Source: Myxococcota bacterium (lineage in GTDB: Bacteria; Myxococcota_A; SURF-8). Taken from it: a DNA stretch of 64,000 bases. The notes below the pieces were generated by a model. The model ran no database searches. It worked only from the letters and a program-made list of their open reading frames with translations, and was not told the DNA's origin. The stretch lies in assembly GCA_965140415.1 (NCBI GenBank), contig OZ223209.1:4064001-4128000 (forward strand), read 5' to 3'. Of the stretch, positions 55,348 to 64,000 are shown in pieces. The position numbers and the translations under genes were made by a program. How positions within the stretch are numbered: position 1 is the first letter of the stretch; every line of letters starts with the position of its first letter.

Positions 55348-55489
55348 GGTTTCCTCGAAGAAGCTGTAACCACACAATATTGCAACGAGAATGAGCACGA
55401 AACCAAGATCATTCTACCCCAGAACCCCTGAGATTTGAATCACTTTCACATTTGGAATGTATTCGGCCAGCTAAAAGGAAGAGGTCAAT

Positions 55490-56800
55490 CCCGTGTGGTC
55501 AAAAAACTAAAACAGGAACTTTCTGTTGAGATATCATGTCCTTAACCTCGATTTAAGCCCATTTTTACGTCCGCGCCCATCACGCGGCCTCCCGGTAGTA
55601 ATATTTCAGCATCCCGCCAAGGCGCTCCCGGCATTTGATTTCGCCATCCGTTCGGGTCGGATCGTGATCGGTTGACGGGAAAAGCAGCAGGTTGTCTTTG
55701 CCCTGGTGGTTTCGTTCCTCGTGGTAATGGGCGAGATATTCGCGCATCGCCGTCCACAGGCTCTGCTCGCCGAAAAAGACGAGCTTCGAGATGCACTCGG
55801 ATTTCGCCGACAGCACAAACCGTTCCGAATAGGCGTTCAGGTCGGGGCTTCTGATCGGGAGGCGAATCGGTTTCACACCAGCGTCATTGAGAATACGCCG
55901 GAAAGCCGCGCAGAATTTCGTGTCCCGATCCATGATCAGATAGCGTTGGCCATCCAGACACCCAAAGTCTACCATTGTGGCGTTGATGGCCATCCTCTTC
56001 ATCCAGGCTTCATCCGGGTTGGGCGTGATGCCTGCCAGATGAACCTTCCGGCTGCCGATCTGGATGAAGAACAGCACGTAGTAGGTAATCAGCCCGAAGG
56101 GCGTGAAAACCTCTGCAGTGAAGAAATCGCAGGCGGAAAGAACGTCCTCGTGGAACTTGATGAAGTCGGCCCATGGCATGGTCGGCTGTCGCTTCGGAGC
56201 CGGTGGAATGCCATGTTTTTTAAGGATATTGCCAACGGTCTGGTCCGAGACGGTGAAACCGAGATTGGACAAAGCCCCCACGACACGGTCATACCCCCAG
56301 CCCGAATTTGCCTTGGCGATAAGAAGGATCAGATCCTCAACCTCTTTGTCCACAGGAGGTCTTCCTGCTTTCTTCCGCTTGTCCGAACTGTTGAACTTTT
56401 GCGCGACCAAATCCCGATACCATTTCAGCACAGTTTCCGGTTTGACGATGTGGGCGACGTCCGCAAGTGCCTTTCTGCCGATCCGGTTTCCAATAGTCGC
56501 TAATCGAATGCGTTCATCATTCGTCAGCTTGATATTACCATAGAGCTTCGCGCGCAGGATTTCGTTCTCCGCCGCCAAGTATTCGTTGCGGGCCAGCAAT
56601 TCCTCGTCCACGTATCCGCCAACCATAGCAAGAGCTTCCACTGCTTTCATATCACGCATCCTTCATCTTCACTACCAGTTGAAATAACGACAATTTTCGG
56701 TGATGGTGAAACTACCAGATGACCTTGGCAAGGGCAAGGTTGGACCTGCTAATCGTCCGCGAAACTATGGATGCCAATGTGGCTATTTATTGGCCTCTTT
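55490..56800 (-). mobile_element. Insertion sequence carrying the rve transposase (ends approximate)
   Basis: Stand-alone transposase between lipoprotein genes; candidate end CCCGTGTGGTCAAAAAACT at 55490, with only a weak counterpart near 56785. Confidence 0.55.
55580..56659 (-). CDS. DDE transposase, integrase-core (rve) type
   Basis: VKPETVLKW, GRP, WGYDRV, ACDFF (D), MDRD (D), NAYSERF (E), YHEERNHQG, RLGGMLKYY. Confidence 0.9.
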   Translation of the reverse strand: MRDMKAVEALAMVGGYVDEELLARNEYLAAENEILRAKLYGNIKLTNDERIRLATIGNRIGRKALADVAHIVKPETVLKWYRDLVAQKFNSSDKRKKAGRPPVDKEVEDLILLIAKANSGWGYDRVVGALSNLGFTVSDQTVGNILKKHGIPPAPKRQPTMPWADFIKFHEDVLSACDFFTAEVFTPFGLITYYVLFFIQIGSRKVHLAGITPNPDEAWMKRMAINATMVDFGCLDGQRYLIMDRDTKFCAAFRRILNDAGVKPIRLPIRSPDLNAYSERFVLSAKSECISKLVFFGEQSLWTAMREYLAHYHEERNHQGKDNLLLFPSTDHDPTRTDGEIKCRERLGGMLKYYYREAA

Positions 56801-56803
56801 CGA

Positions 56804-59800
56804 CTACGGAACGATGCAGGCTCCTGTGGCGGGATCACAGGAAGTGCCGTAAATCGCCGTGCAGTTACGGAATGCCGAGTTGCCCGTTCCCGCCGAGTTG
56901 CACGTGCCTTCGAACTGCTCGTCGATGCAGTATTTCTCGTTCGGCACGCAGGCCGCACACTGTCCCAGTTCTTCCAGGCAACCATAGCCATAGATGGCCG
57001 TGCAGTTGCGGAACGCCGAGTTGCCTGTCCCCGCCGAGTTGCACGTACCTTCGTACTGCTCGTCGATGCAATACTTCTGGCTCGGCATGCAGGCTGCACA
57101 CTGTCCCAGTTCTTCCAGGCAACCATAGCCATAGATGGCCGTGCAGTTGCGGAACGCCGAGTTGCCTGTCCCCGCCGAGTTGCACGTACCTTCGTACTGC
57201 TCGTCGATGCAATACTTCTGGCTCGGCATGCAGGCCGCGCACTGTCCCAGTTCCTCCAGACAACCATAGCCGTAAATCGCCGTGCAGTTACGGAATGCCG
57301 AGTTGCCTGTCCCCGTCGAGTTGCACGTTCCTTCGTACTGCTCGTCGATGCAATACTTTTCGCTCGGCATGCAGGCTGCACACTGTCCCAGTTCCTCCAG
57401 GCAACCATAGCCATAGATGGCCGTGCAGTTGCGGAACGCCGAATTGCCTGTCCCCGCCGAGTTACACGTGCCTTCGTACTGCCCGTCGATACAATACTTC
57501 TCGCTTGGCTCACAGGCCTGACAGCGTCCCAACTCCGGCATGCAGTCGTAGCCGTACAGCGCCTGGCAATCTCGGGAATTGTCGTAGCCGGTTCCCTCGG
57601 AGTTGCAGTGGCGCTCGGTCCCGCCATCTTCGGAGCAGGAGTATTCGCCTGGCTCACACTCCTGGCAACGCCCCTCGGCCGTCAGGCAATCGTAGCCGAA
57701 TAGCACCTGGCAGTCGCGCACATCGGCGACTGCCGTTCCGGACGCGTTGCAGGTGTACTCCTGCGTTAAATCTTCGGAACACCAGCTCTCGTTCGGCATA
57801 CATTCATAACAGACACCACTGGATTGGTTGCAGGTCGTCCCGTAGATGGCGGCGCAGTCGCGATAGCCCACGTAGTCGGTGCCCGTCTCGTTGCAAATGC
57901 GCTCCTCGTCACCATAGCAATAGGTCTCACCGGGCTCGCAGATGATACAACGGCCCGCCTCGACGTTGCAGGATGTGCCGTAAATCGCTGCACAGTTGCG
58001 GAACGCCGAGTTGCCTGTCCCTGCCGAGTTGCACGTGCCTTCGAACGTGTCGTCGATGCAGTACTTCTCGTTTGGCACGCAGGCTCCGCATTGGCCCGTC
58101 TCTTCCTGGCATCCGTAGCCGTATATCGCTGTACAGTTGCGGAACGCCGAGTTGCCCGTCCCCGCCGAGTTGCACGTACCTTCGAAATCTTCATTGATGC
58201 AGTATTTCTCGTTGGGCACGCAAGCCCCGCATTGGCCCGTCTCTTCCTGGCATCCGTAGCCGTAGATCGCCTCGCAGTTGCGGAACGCTGAGTTGCCTGT
58301 CCCCGCAGAATTGCACGTGCCTTCGTACTGCTCGTCGATGCAGTACTTCTCATTCGGCACACAGGCTCCGCACTGGCCAGTCTCCTTCAAGCAACCGTAG
58401 CCGTAGATCGCCTCGCAGTTGCGGAACGCCGAGTTGCCCGTCCCCGCAGAGTTGCATGTGCCTTCGAACTCGTCATCGATACAGTACTTCTCGTTCGGTT
58501 CGCAGACGTTGCAATGCCCTGTCAATTCGTTGCAGTCGTGACCGTAAAGTGCCTGGCAGTCGCGTTCGCCGACCACTTCCGTCCCGTCGGAATTGCAGAG
58601 CTGTTCAGTCGCACCGTCAGCCGAGCAGGAATACGTGTCGGGCAGACAGGTCGGGTAGCAGGTCTCGGTCTCCTGGTCGCAGAACTCGCAGCAATCGTCG
58701 CCGCAGGGCACCATCGAGCCGCTCACCTGCGGTTCGCAGTCGTCCACCCACCTGCCGCGGATGCAGGCCAGCGTTCCTGTGGACTGGCAGACTCCCACCC
58801 CGCAGACCGTTGGTGTCGTGCCGAGTTTCTCGTCGGTGAACCCATCGCAGTCGTTGTCCTCGCCGTCGCAAACTTCGATAGGCAGAATTCCAGCGCATAC
58901 ACCCCCGACTCCACAGGTATCCGTGTGCGTACAGGCGTTGCCATCGTCGCAACGACCGGAATTTTTTACTGTCCAACCGTCCCAGTCCGAGGCCGCTTCA
59001 CACACCCGACAGGTGCCATCGCCTGTCGCTGATTCCTTCGCACCCTCGGCATAGCAGGTCTCGTCGATGTAGCAGCCCGTATTCGTGCCGCTCACCACGC
59101 AATCACCGCCGCTGCATTCCGTTTCCGTACAGCGGATTTCATCCGTACAGGTATTCGTATCGTCTTTCACAGCCGTACACACACCATGATCACAAACATC
59201 GTCCGTGCAAGGGTTGCCGTCGTTCGTCACCTTGCAGACAGCGCCGTCCAGGTTCGACCAGTCACGGTCATTCGTAGACGGGTCACAGCCCACACAGCCA
59301 TCGGCATCCTGGCTCGTTCCTTTCGCCATGCAGACGCCTTCGATCAAACAGCCCGTTGTCACCCTTTCGACCATGCAAACACCATCTACGCAATAATCAT
59401 CCGTACAAGCGTAGCCCAGGTCACACGTATTGGTATTGTCATTCTCGTCTGTGCAGGTATTCGCCACGCAGGCCAAATCAGTGCAGGGGTTGTCGTCCTC
59501 TGTGTAGTCGCCGCAGCCCGCCGTGTCGGTACAATCCACGCACAGGCCGGAACCATCGCACTGGTCTGAATCGGCACCCGACCCATCAGCCTGACAGACC
59601 GTACCTTCAGAGGCATCATTGAAGGTGCAGGTATGTCCCTCAGCACACACGGCTTCGGCGCACTCATCGTCCCGCAGACCCCAGTCAAGATCGTCACAGC
59701 CAAGCGCATCATAGCAATCGAGGCAAACCCCGGAAACACACTGGTCGAGGTCATCGTCGCCGCATTCAGAGCCATCTCTTTTATTCGGATTCGAGCAAAC

Positions 59801-60628
59801 TCCTGTTGCCGTATTGCAGACTCCGGCTTCATGGCATTCATCAAGCGCCATGCAGTTAACCGGAGCGGTGGTCTGTTCGCAGGAGCCGCCAACACAGGTG
59901 CTTACTCCGTTGCAGGCGTTGGAATCATCCTCACAGAATACACCATCGTCAACAAAGTCATCTGCCGGGCAGTCATCATTTGCACCATCACACACTTCAG
60001 CCACATCGCACTCGCCGGCCGACGCCCGACATTCGTGATCGGTTCCACGCAACGACCAGTCATTCTTACTCACAGCAGAATCGCAAACCAGACAGCCATG
60101 ATCCGGATTTTCCGTCCCGTCGGCCACACAGGCAGTGTTAATGTCGCAAAAACCGGTATCGCAAACACACTGGCCCGTACCGACCTCGCAAACACGGTGA
60201 TCTGTCGCATTGCAGGGATTCGGATCGCAGGGGTCTACAGGCTCTTCTCCATCGGTAGCTTCTGCGTCAACAGAATCTGCATCCTCATCACCATCAACCG
60301 GTTCAAGATCCACGTCGGGATCGACGTCGCCATCTATATCGCCATCCACAGTGATGTCATTGTCTCCATCTGGAGCCGTATCCCCGTCGATGGGGTCGGA
60401 ATCCGTATCGCCGTCGGTATCACCATCAACCGAGATTTCGTCCAGGTCTCCATCCGCTGGTTGGTCACCATCAACAGCAACGTCCCCGTTGGTTTCGGAC
60501 GTGTCGCCGTCTTCAAGGATGGAATCCCCGTCGGAGTTCTGATCGCCGTCCGTCGTGGATGAAGCATCATCGCCATTACACGCCCAAATAAACGTAGAAA
60601 GCAGAATCACCAAAATTAACCGAAGCAT
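56804..60628 (-). CDS. Giant Cys-rich lipoprotein (1274 aa) with DGD linker and C-terminal tandem repeats
   Basis: Signal MLRLILVILLSTFIWAC; DGD linker; disintegrin-like CRASAGECDVAEVCDG; DxNPCT.D.C repeats; EVCDGEDNDCDG motif; 13 six-Cys repeats. Confidence 0.9.
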   Translation of the reverse strand: MLRLILVILLSTFIWACNGDDASSTTDGDQNSDGDSILEDGDTSETNGDVAVDGDQPADGDLDEISVDGDTDGDTDSDPIDGDTAPDGDNDITVDGDIDGDVDPDVDLEPVDGDEDADSVDAEATDGEEPVDPCDPNPCNATDHRVCEVGTGQCVCDTGFCDINTACVADGTENPDHGCLVCDSAVSKNDWSLRGTDHECRASAGECDVAEVCDGANDDCPADDFVDDGVFCEDDSNACNGVSTCVGGSCEQTTAPVNCMALDECHEAGVCNTATGVCSNPNKRDGSECGDDDLDQCVSGVCLDCYDALGCDDLDWGLRDDECAEAVCAEGHTCTFNDASEGTVCQADGSGADSDQCDGSGLCVDCTDTAGCGDYTEDDNPCTDLACVANTCTDENDNTNTCDLGYACTDDYCVDGVCMVERVTTGCLIEGVCMAKGTSQDADGCVGCDPSTNDRDWSNLDGAVCKVTNDGNPCTDDVCDHGVCTAVKDDTNTCTDEIRCTETECSGGDCVVSGTNTGCYIDETCYAEGAKESATGDGTCRVCEAASDWDGWTVKNSGRCDDGNACTHTDTCGVGGVCAGILPIEVCDGEDNDCDGFTDEKLGTTPTVCGVGVCQSTGTLACIRGRWVDDCEPQVSGSMVPCGDDCCEFCDQETETCYPTCLPDTYSCSADGATEQLCNSDGTEVVGERDCQALYGHDCNELTGHCNVCEPNEKYCIDDEFEGTCNSAGTGNSAFRNCEAIYGYGCLKETGQCGACVPNEKYCIDEQYEGTCNSAGTGNSAFRNCEAIYGYGCQEETGQCGACVPNEKYCINEDFEGTCNSAGTGNSAFRNCTAIYGYGCQEETGQCGACVPNEKYCIDDTFEGTCNSAGTGNSAFRNCAAIYGTSCNVEAGRCIICEPGETYCYGDEERICNETGTDYVGYRDCAAIYGTTCNQSSGVCYECMPNESWCSEDLTQEYTCNASGTAVADVRDCQVLFGYDCLTAEGRCQECEPGEYSCSEDGGTERHCNSEGTGYDNSRDCQALYGYDCMPELGRCQACEPSEKYCIDGQYEGTCNSAGTGNSAFRNCTAIYGYGCLEELGQCAACMPSEKYCIDEQYEGTCNSTGTGNSAFRNCTAIYGYGCLEELGQCAACMPSQKYCIDEQYEGTCNSAGTGNSAFRNCTAIYGYGCLEELGQCAACMPSQKYCIDEQYEGTCNSAGTGNSAFRNCTAIYGYGCLEELGQCAACVPNEKYCIDEQFEGTCNSAGTGNSAFRNCTAIYGTSCDPATGACIVP
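56807..58648 (-). repeat. Intragenic tandem repeat, ~141-bp / 47-aa unit, 13 units (9 near-identical)
   Basis: Unit CxPxEKYCIDEQYEGTCNSAGTGNSAFRNCxAIYGYGCxEExGQCxA; DNA period of 141 nt between ~56890 and ~57460. Confidence 0.93.
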
Positions 60629-61290
60629 AGGAGGCCCTCCGCTTGTAACCACACTGTATTTGTGGAACTTAACTACATGTGGTAATTTAGCATAAGGGCT
60701 ACAGTGATTCAAAAGAAAAACGGTGGGTATTACAGAGGCGGGGTTATGTTAAGTTTTTGTTATGTCAATACAATCCAACATTCTTTTTGCTTCCCCTAAT
60801 CCGCTTCCCTGGCGATCTCCCACCAGTGGCTGGAACCAAGCTCGAAGCTCGCAGACAGAGAAATGAATAACGGCGAGCAGCGCTACATACGAAAAAATAC
60901 GTTCAGATCCGTTAACTTAGAGCATATCCAGCCTTCCACACATCCTGCCTGATCAGCCCCGTCCACGGCCTTCTAAAAATTCTCTCGGTTTGCAGAGATT
61001 CTCTACTTAACGCCGCATTCAATTTATCGGACGGTCTGGCAAGGGGACATTAATAGGCGACCCTGTTAACCCTGGTTGCCTGTTTGATGGCTGCTTCCTT
61101 CTTCTTCATCAGAAACAAAATATAGATTAAAGATGCAGATAATTTTCGTTCTGGTTATTAAAATATCAAGTAATCATTACATTAATTTCTCGCTGAATCG
61201 GTATCATACGGTAACGGATTGTTACCAATATTTGAATCATACATCCTTTTTTCGCTTGCGCTCGCGGCGCACGCCGGGCATGCTAAAGCC

Positions 61291-62169
61291 ATGAAACGCA
61301 CGCAACTCGACATTTTCGAATTCACCGATTTTCGCGACCTTCTCAGGGCGCGCTTCGAGGAACTGAAGGCCGAGGACGGCAAGTACTCTTACGCTTTCAT
61401 CGCCAGGCGCGCCGGGACGGATAACAGCGGCTGGCTTAAAATGGCGATATCCGGCAAGCGGAAACTCGGCGAGCAACAGGCACGCAAGCTCGCCCACGCT
61501 CTGGGCTTCGACCGCGATCAAAGCGCCTTCTTCCTCAATCTGGTAGATTTCAATCAGGCCCGGGACGAAGCCGCCCGCGCCGAGGCGCTGCAACGGTTGC
61601 GGCGCAAGCGCGGTTTCAAGTGCATTCACCGCGTGGAACTTAACCAACTCGATTACCTGACAAACCCGCTGGCGATGCTGCTGCGTGAGATGGTGGCGCT
61701 GCGCGACTTCAAGGAAGATCCTGACTGGATCGTCGCCAAGCTGCCCGCCCCGGTAAGCAAGGCAAAGATCCGCAAAACGTTGAAGGAACTGCTGCATATC
61801 GGACTCCTGGAACGGGATGCGGACGGAGGTCTGGTTCAGAAGCATGCCATCCAGTTTACCGGGCACGGCCTGAAGAATCATGCCTTGCTGACGTGCTACG
61901 ACAATCAATTTAAACAAGCATCCGAAGCGCTGCGACTTCCGGCAGCAGTCCGCAACTACGGCTTCATCACCATGACGCTTTCACCCAAGTCCTTTGCGAC
62001 CATTAACGAGAAACTGGAAACCCTGCGGCAGGAGATTTTCGAGATTCTGGAAGAAGACGACAATTGCGACCAGGTCTATCAGTACGTGATGGGTCTGTTC
62101 CCATTGACCGGGGTTGACGAATCCTGGTCCGATAACGACGCGTCCGAAAAAAAGAGGAAAAACAAGTGA
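61291..62169 (+). CDS. TIGR02147/DUF4423-like HTH protein
   Basis: IFEFTDFRDLL...YSYAFIARRAG...GKRKL...FFLNLVDFNQA...LREMV...DPDWI...VYQYVMGLFPLT. Confidence 0.85.
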   Translation: MKRTQLDIFEFTDFRDLLRARFEELKAEDGKYSYAFIARRAGTDNSGWLKMAISGKRKLGEQQARKLAHALGFDRDQSAFFLNLVDFNQARDEAARAEALQRLRRKRGFKCIHRVELNQLDYLTNPLAMLLREMVALRDFKEDPDWIVAKLPAPVSKAKIRKTLKELLHIGLLERDADGGLVQKHAIQFTGHGLKNHALLTCYDNQFKQASEALRLPAAVRNYGFITMTLSPKSFATINEKLETLRQEIFEILEEDDNCDQVYQYVMGLFPLTGVDESWSDNDASEKKRKNK

Positions 62170-62203
62170 ACCAAACGATTCGTCATGCAAAGGAGAGACG
62201 GAC

Positions 62204-63685
62204 ATGACCCATCATAACAAACGACCGATTTGGAGGTGGCTCGGCTTTCTGCTGATTGCACTGCTGCTGACGGTTTCCTGCACGGAAGGAACGGAAGTGA
62301 GCAGCTATGTCAAGCCCCTGATATTCATGGGCAGCGGCACCGGAGGTGGCAATCCGGGTCGCGTGGTGTTTTATTTCGCGCTTGAAGAAGGCGCGGCCCA
62401 GTGGGAAGGCACCACTCTGTACATCAACAGCCTGACGCTGCACGGCGAGGGCCCGTTCTCGACCGTGACCTTTGCGACCGCCGACAACAAGCCGCTGCCG
62501 GTGACCTTCTCTGTGGAGCGGCCCGCGGGCATCGCTTTCGATCCACCTGCGGAAACCCGCTTCGAGACACTGGCCTTTGGCGGCGATGCAAGCGATGACG
62601 ACGGCCTGAACGTGACCCTGTCGTACAAGGATCCGCAAGACGGGAACGTCACAAGCCGCGACATCAGCCTGAAGGAAGCGCTGACCTTCGAACTGGCGCA
62701 GGGCACAAGCCCCTGGCCGGAGGACGCCTACGGTTACATCGTGCATCTGCCGCTGAATGCCATCGACCTCGACGCGCCCGCTACGGCCGCCGAAATCCTG
62801 GCGCACCAGGCAGTGATGTACAACGATGGCAATGGCGATGGCTTGCTCAACGCCGATGAGCAGAACGACGCAAACAGCGCGGGCAAGACGCCTGCGCCGC
62901 CGGTCGAAACCGCCGCGACGAATGAAGACGGCGTCTGTGCCGACTGGACCGCTCGCGAGTTCGACATGGGCGAGGCATGCGAGACGAACGCCGATTGCAT
63001 GGACGGACGCGAATGCCACGACGGCCATTGCTACTTCCCCGAAGGTACCACCGTCGAATGCCAGACCGACTACGGTATCTGCCACATGTTCGAAACCGAA
63101 ACGCCAGAGGGCCTGGCCGAGCAGATCCAGTGTGTCTGTCCGGGTGCGACCGCCAGCGGCGCGGGTGCATTTATCGGCAACGGCTACTCGGAACCCGAGG
63201 ATTATCTGTTCTCCGAACCACTGACGCAGGCCTATTGCGAGCAGATGACCCGCGCCTACTGCGACGCGGGAGAGGGTCTGAACCGCAGCTGTGATCTTGA
63301 CGCGCTTTGCACCGATGAGGGCGCAGCCCTGTGTGGTGCATTCTTCGACAACCTGACGTCCTGCTATGCAGGCCTGGCACAACCAAACGATTACCTGTCG
63401 GCGGTGTGCTGCGAGGCGGTCAATATTTACGGCTCGGAGGTGTTCGAAGGTTTCATCAACTGCATGCAGGACAATGCTTGTGAGAACTGGCAGGCCACCT
63501 GCTTCGATTTCGAGTTGAACTGCGAGCAGTTCGGCGGCCCGCCCGCGACCTACGAACGGACACGGCTGGTGCTGCTTTCGATCCTGGCTCCGTATGCCGA
63601 AGCAAATGACGGGGTTTACCCCAACGGCGCCAACACCCTGCGCGCCTGCGGCGTAACATCGGACACGGAGGAAGGAAGCGAGTAG
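62204..63685 (+). CDS. Cys-rich lipoprotein downstream of the TIGR02147-like gene
   Basis: RBS AAGGAG; lipobox TVSC; GSGTGGGNP motif; DGNGDG loop; Cys-rich C-terminal half. Confidence 0.82.
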   Translation: MTHHNKRPIWRWLGFLLIALLLTVSCTEGTEVSSYVKPLIFMGSGTGGGNPGRVVFYFALEEGAAQWEGTTLYINSLTLHGEGPFSTVTFATADNKPLPVTFSVERPAGIAFDPPAETRFETLAFGGDASDDDGLNVTLSYKDPQDGNVTSRDISLKEALTFELAQGTSPWPEDAYGYIVHLPLNAIDLDAPATAAEILAHQAVMYNDGNGDGLLNADEQNDANSAGKTPAPPVETAATNEDGVCADWTAREFDMGEACETNADCMDGRECHDGHCYFPEGTTVECQTDYGICHMFETETPEGLAEQIQCVCPGATASGAGAFIGNGYSEPEDYLFSEPLTQAYCEQMTRAYCDAGEGLNRSCDLDALCTDEGAALCGAFFDNLTSCYAGLAQPNDYLSAVCCEAVNIYGSEVFEGFINCMQDNACENWQATCFDFELNCEQFGGPPATYERTRLVLLSILAPYAEANDGVYPNGANTLRACGVTSDTEEGSE

Positions 63686-63734
63686 AAGAGCCCCGGCTGG
63701 AATTAGACGGCAACCAATACCGGTCGCATGAAAT

Positions 63735-63781
63735 AGCCGAAAGCTCGTCCGCCGTTCAAACGGCGGGCGGGCAATTCGGCT
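63735..63781. terminator. Long GC-rich hairpin after the last gene (terminator or REP-like)
   Basis: AGCCGAA-AGCTCGTCCGCCGTT-CA-AACGGCGGGCGGGC-AA-TTCGGCT. Confidence 0.5.
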
Positions 63782-64000
63782 TGTGGAATCAGCCACTTCG
63801 TAATCCTTATAATTTGATTATCGAGATCCGGGTTTTCTCTACGGTAACCTTGTGGGGGGTGGTTGGAGTTGTTCCAGCCATGAATTCTCAGCCAGCTGCA
63901 CCTCATTTTTTCACGACGGTCGCTTCCGAGCGGCACGGCCAATCCTCAAATCCGGCCTTATCTTTCGCGTGGGTTGGTTCCGCCGAAACGGACAGAGAAA

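Noticed and set aside
56719-57945. Repetitive ORFs in other frames and a possible CRISPR-like periodicity
   Set aside because: The period is 141 nt, in frame within a coding gene, with no unique spacers and no cas genes.
60629-61290. 660-bp AT-rich intergenic region as a possible ncRNA
   Set aside because: Consistent with a divergent promoter region; no recognisable structure or repeat.
44608-64000. Right attachment site of element B, and tRNA/rRNA genes
   Set aside because: No convincing att core repeat or RNA gene found by eye; the boundary is left approximate.

Overview
Accessory, defence-rich bacterial region. The Cys-rich, DGD-linker lipoproteins and a TIGR02147-like gene suggest a Myxococcota/deltaproteobacteria-like host (inference). 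Positions 1 to ~44.7 kb look like two abutting integrative elements, each with a large serine recombinase at its left end. Element A (<1 to ~22190) carries Mrr, a type IIG restriction-modification (R-M) enzyme, two toxin-like PD-(D/E)XK nucleases, an RloC-like ABC ATPase and a vWA lipoprotein. Element B (~22190 to ~44.7 kb, right end not located) carries a pentapeptide-repeat protein, two STAND NTPase-nuclease proteins, a second type IIG enzyme, a three-gene ATP-grasp peptide (graspetide-like) operon with a membrane protein, an XRE regulator, a LamG lipoprotein and a DUF2958-ThiF-peptide operon. The rest holds a CheB/CheR fusion, a PAS hybrid kinase, a haloalkane-dehalogenase-family hydrolase, several lipoproteins (one with 13 Cys-rich repeats), an rve-type IS and a TIGR02147-lipoprotein pair. 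Three observations stand out. (1) An in-frame 31-aa Mrr::type IIG chimeric mini-ORF separates two cargo genes, suggesting cassette stacking via a circular intermediate. (2) A graspetide precursor, ligase and 3-TM protein sit in a defence island with no transporter or protease, a candidate undescribed defence system. (3) The second recombinase appears to have a swapped C-terminal tail at the junction of the two elements. All family assignments are by-eye motif recognition; no searches were run.
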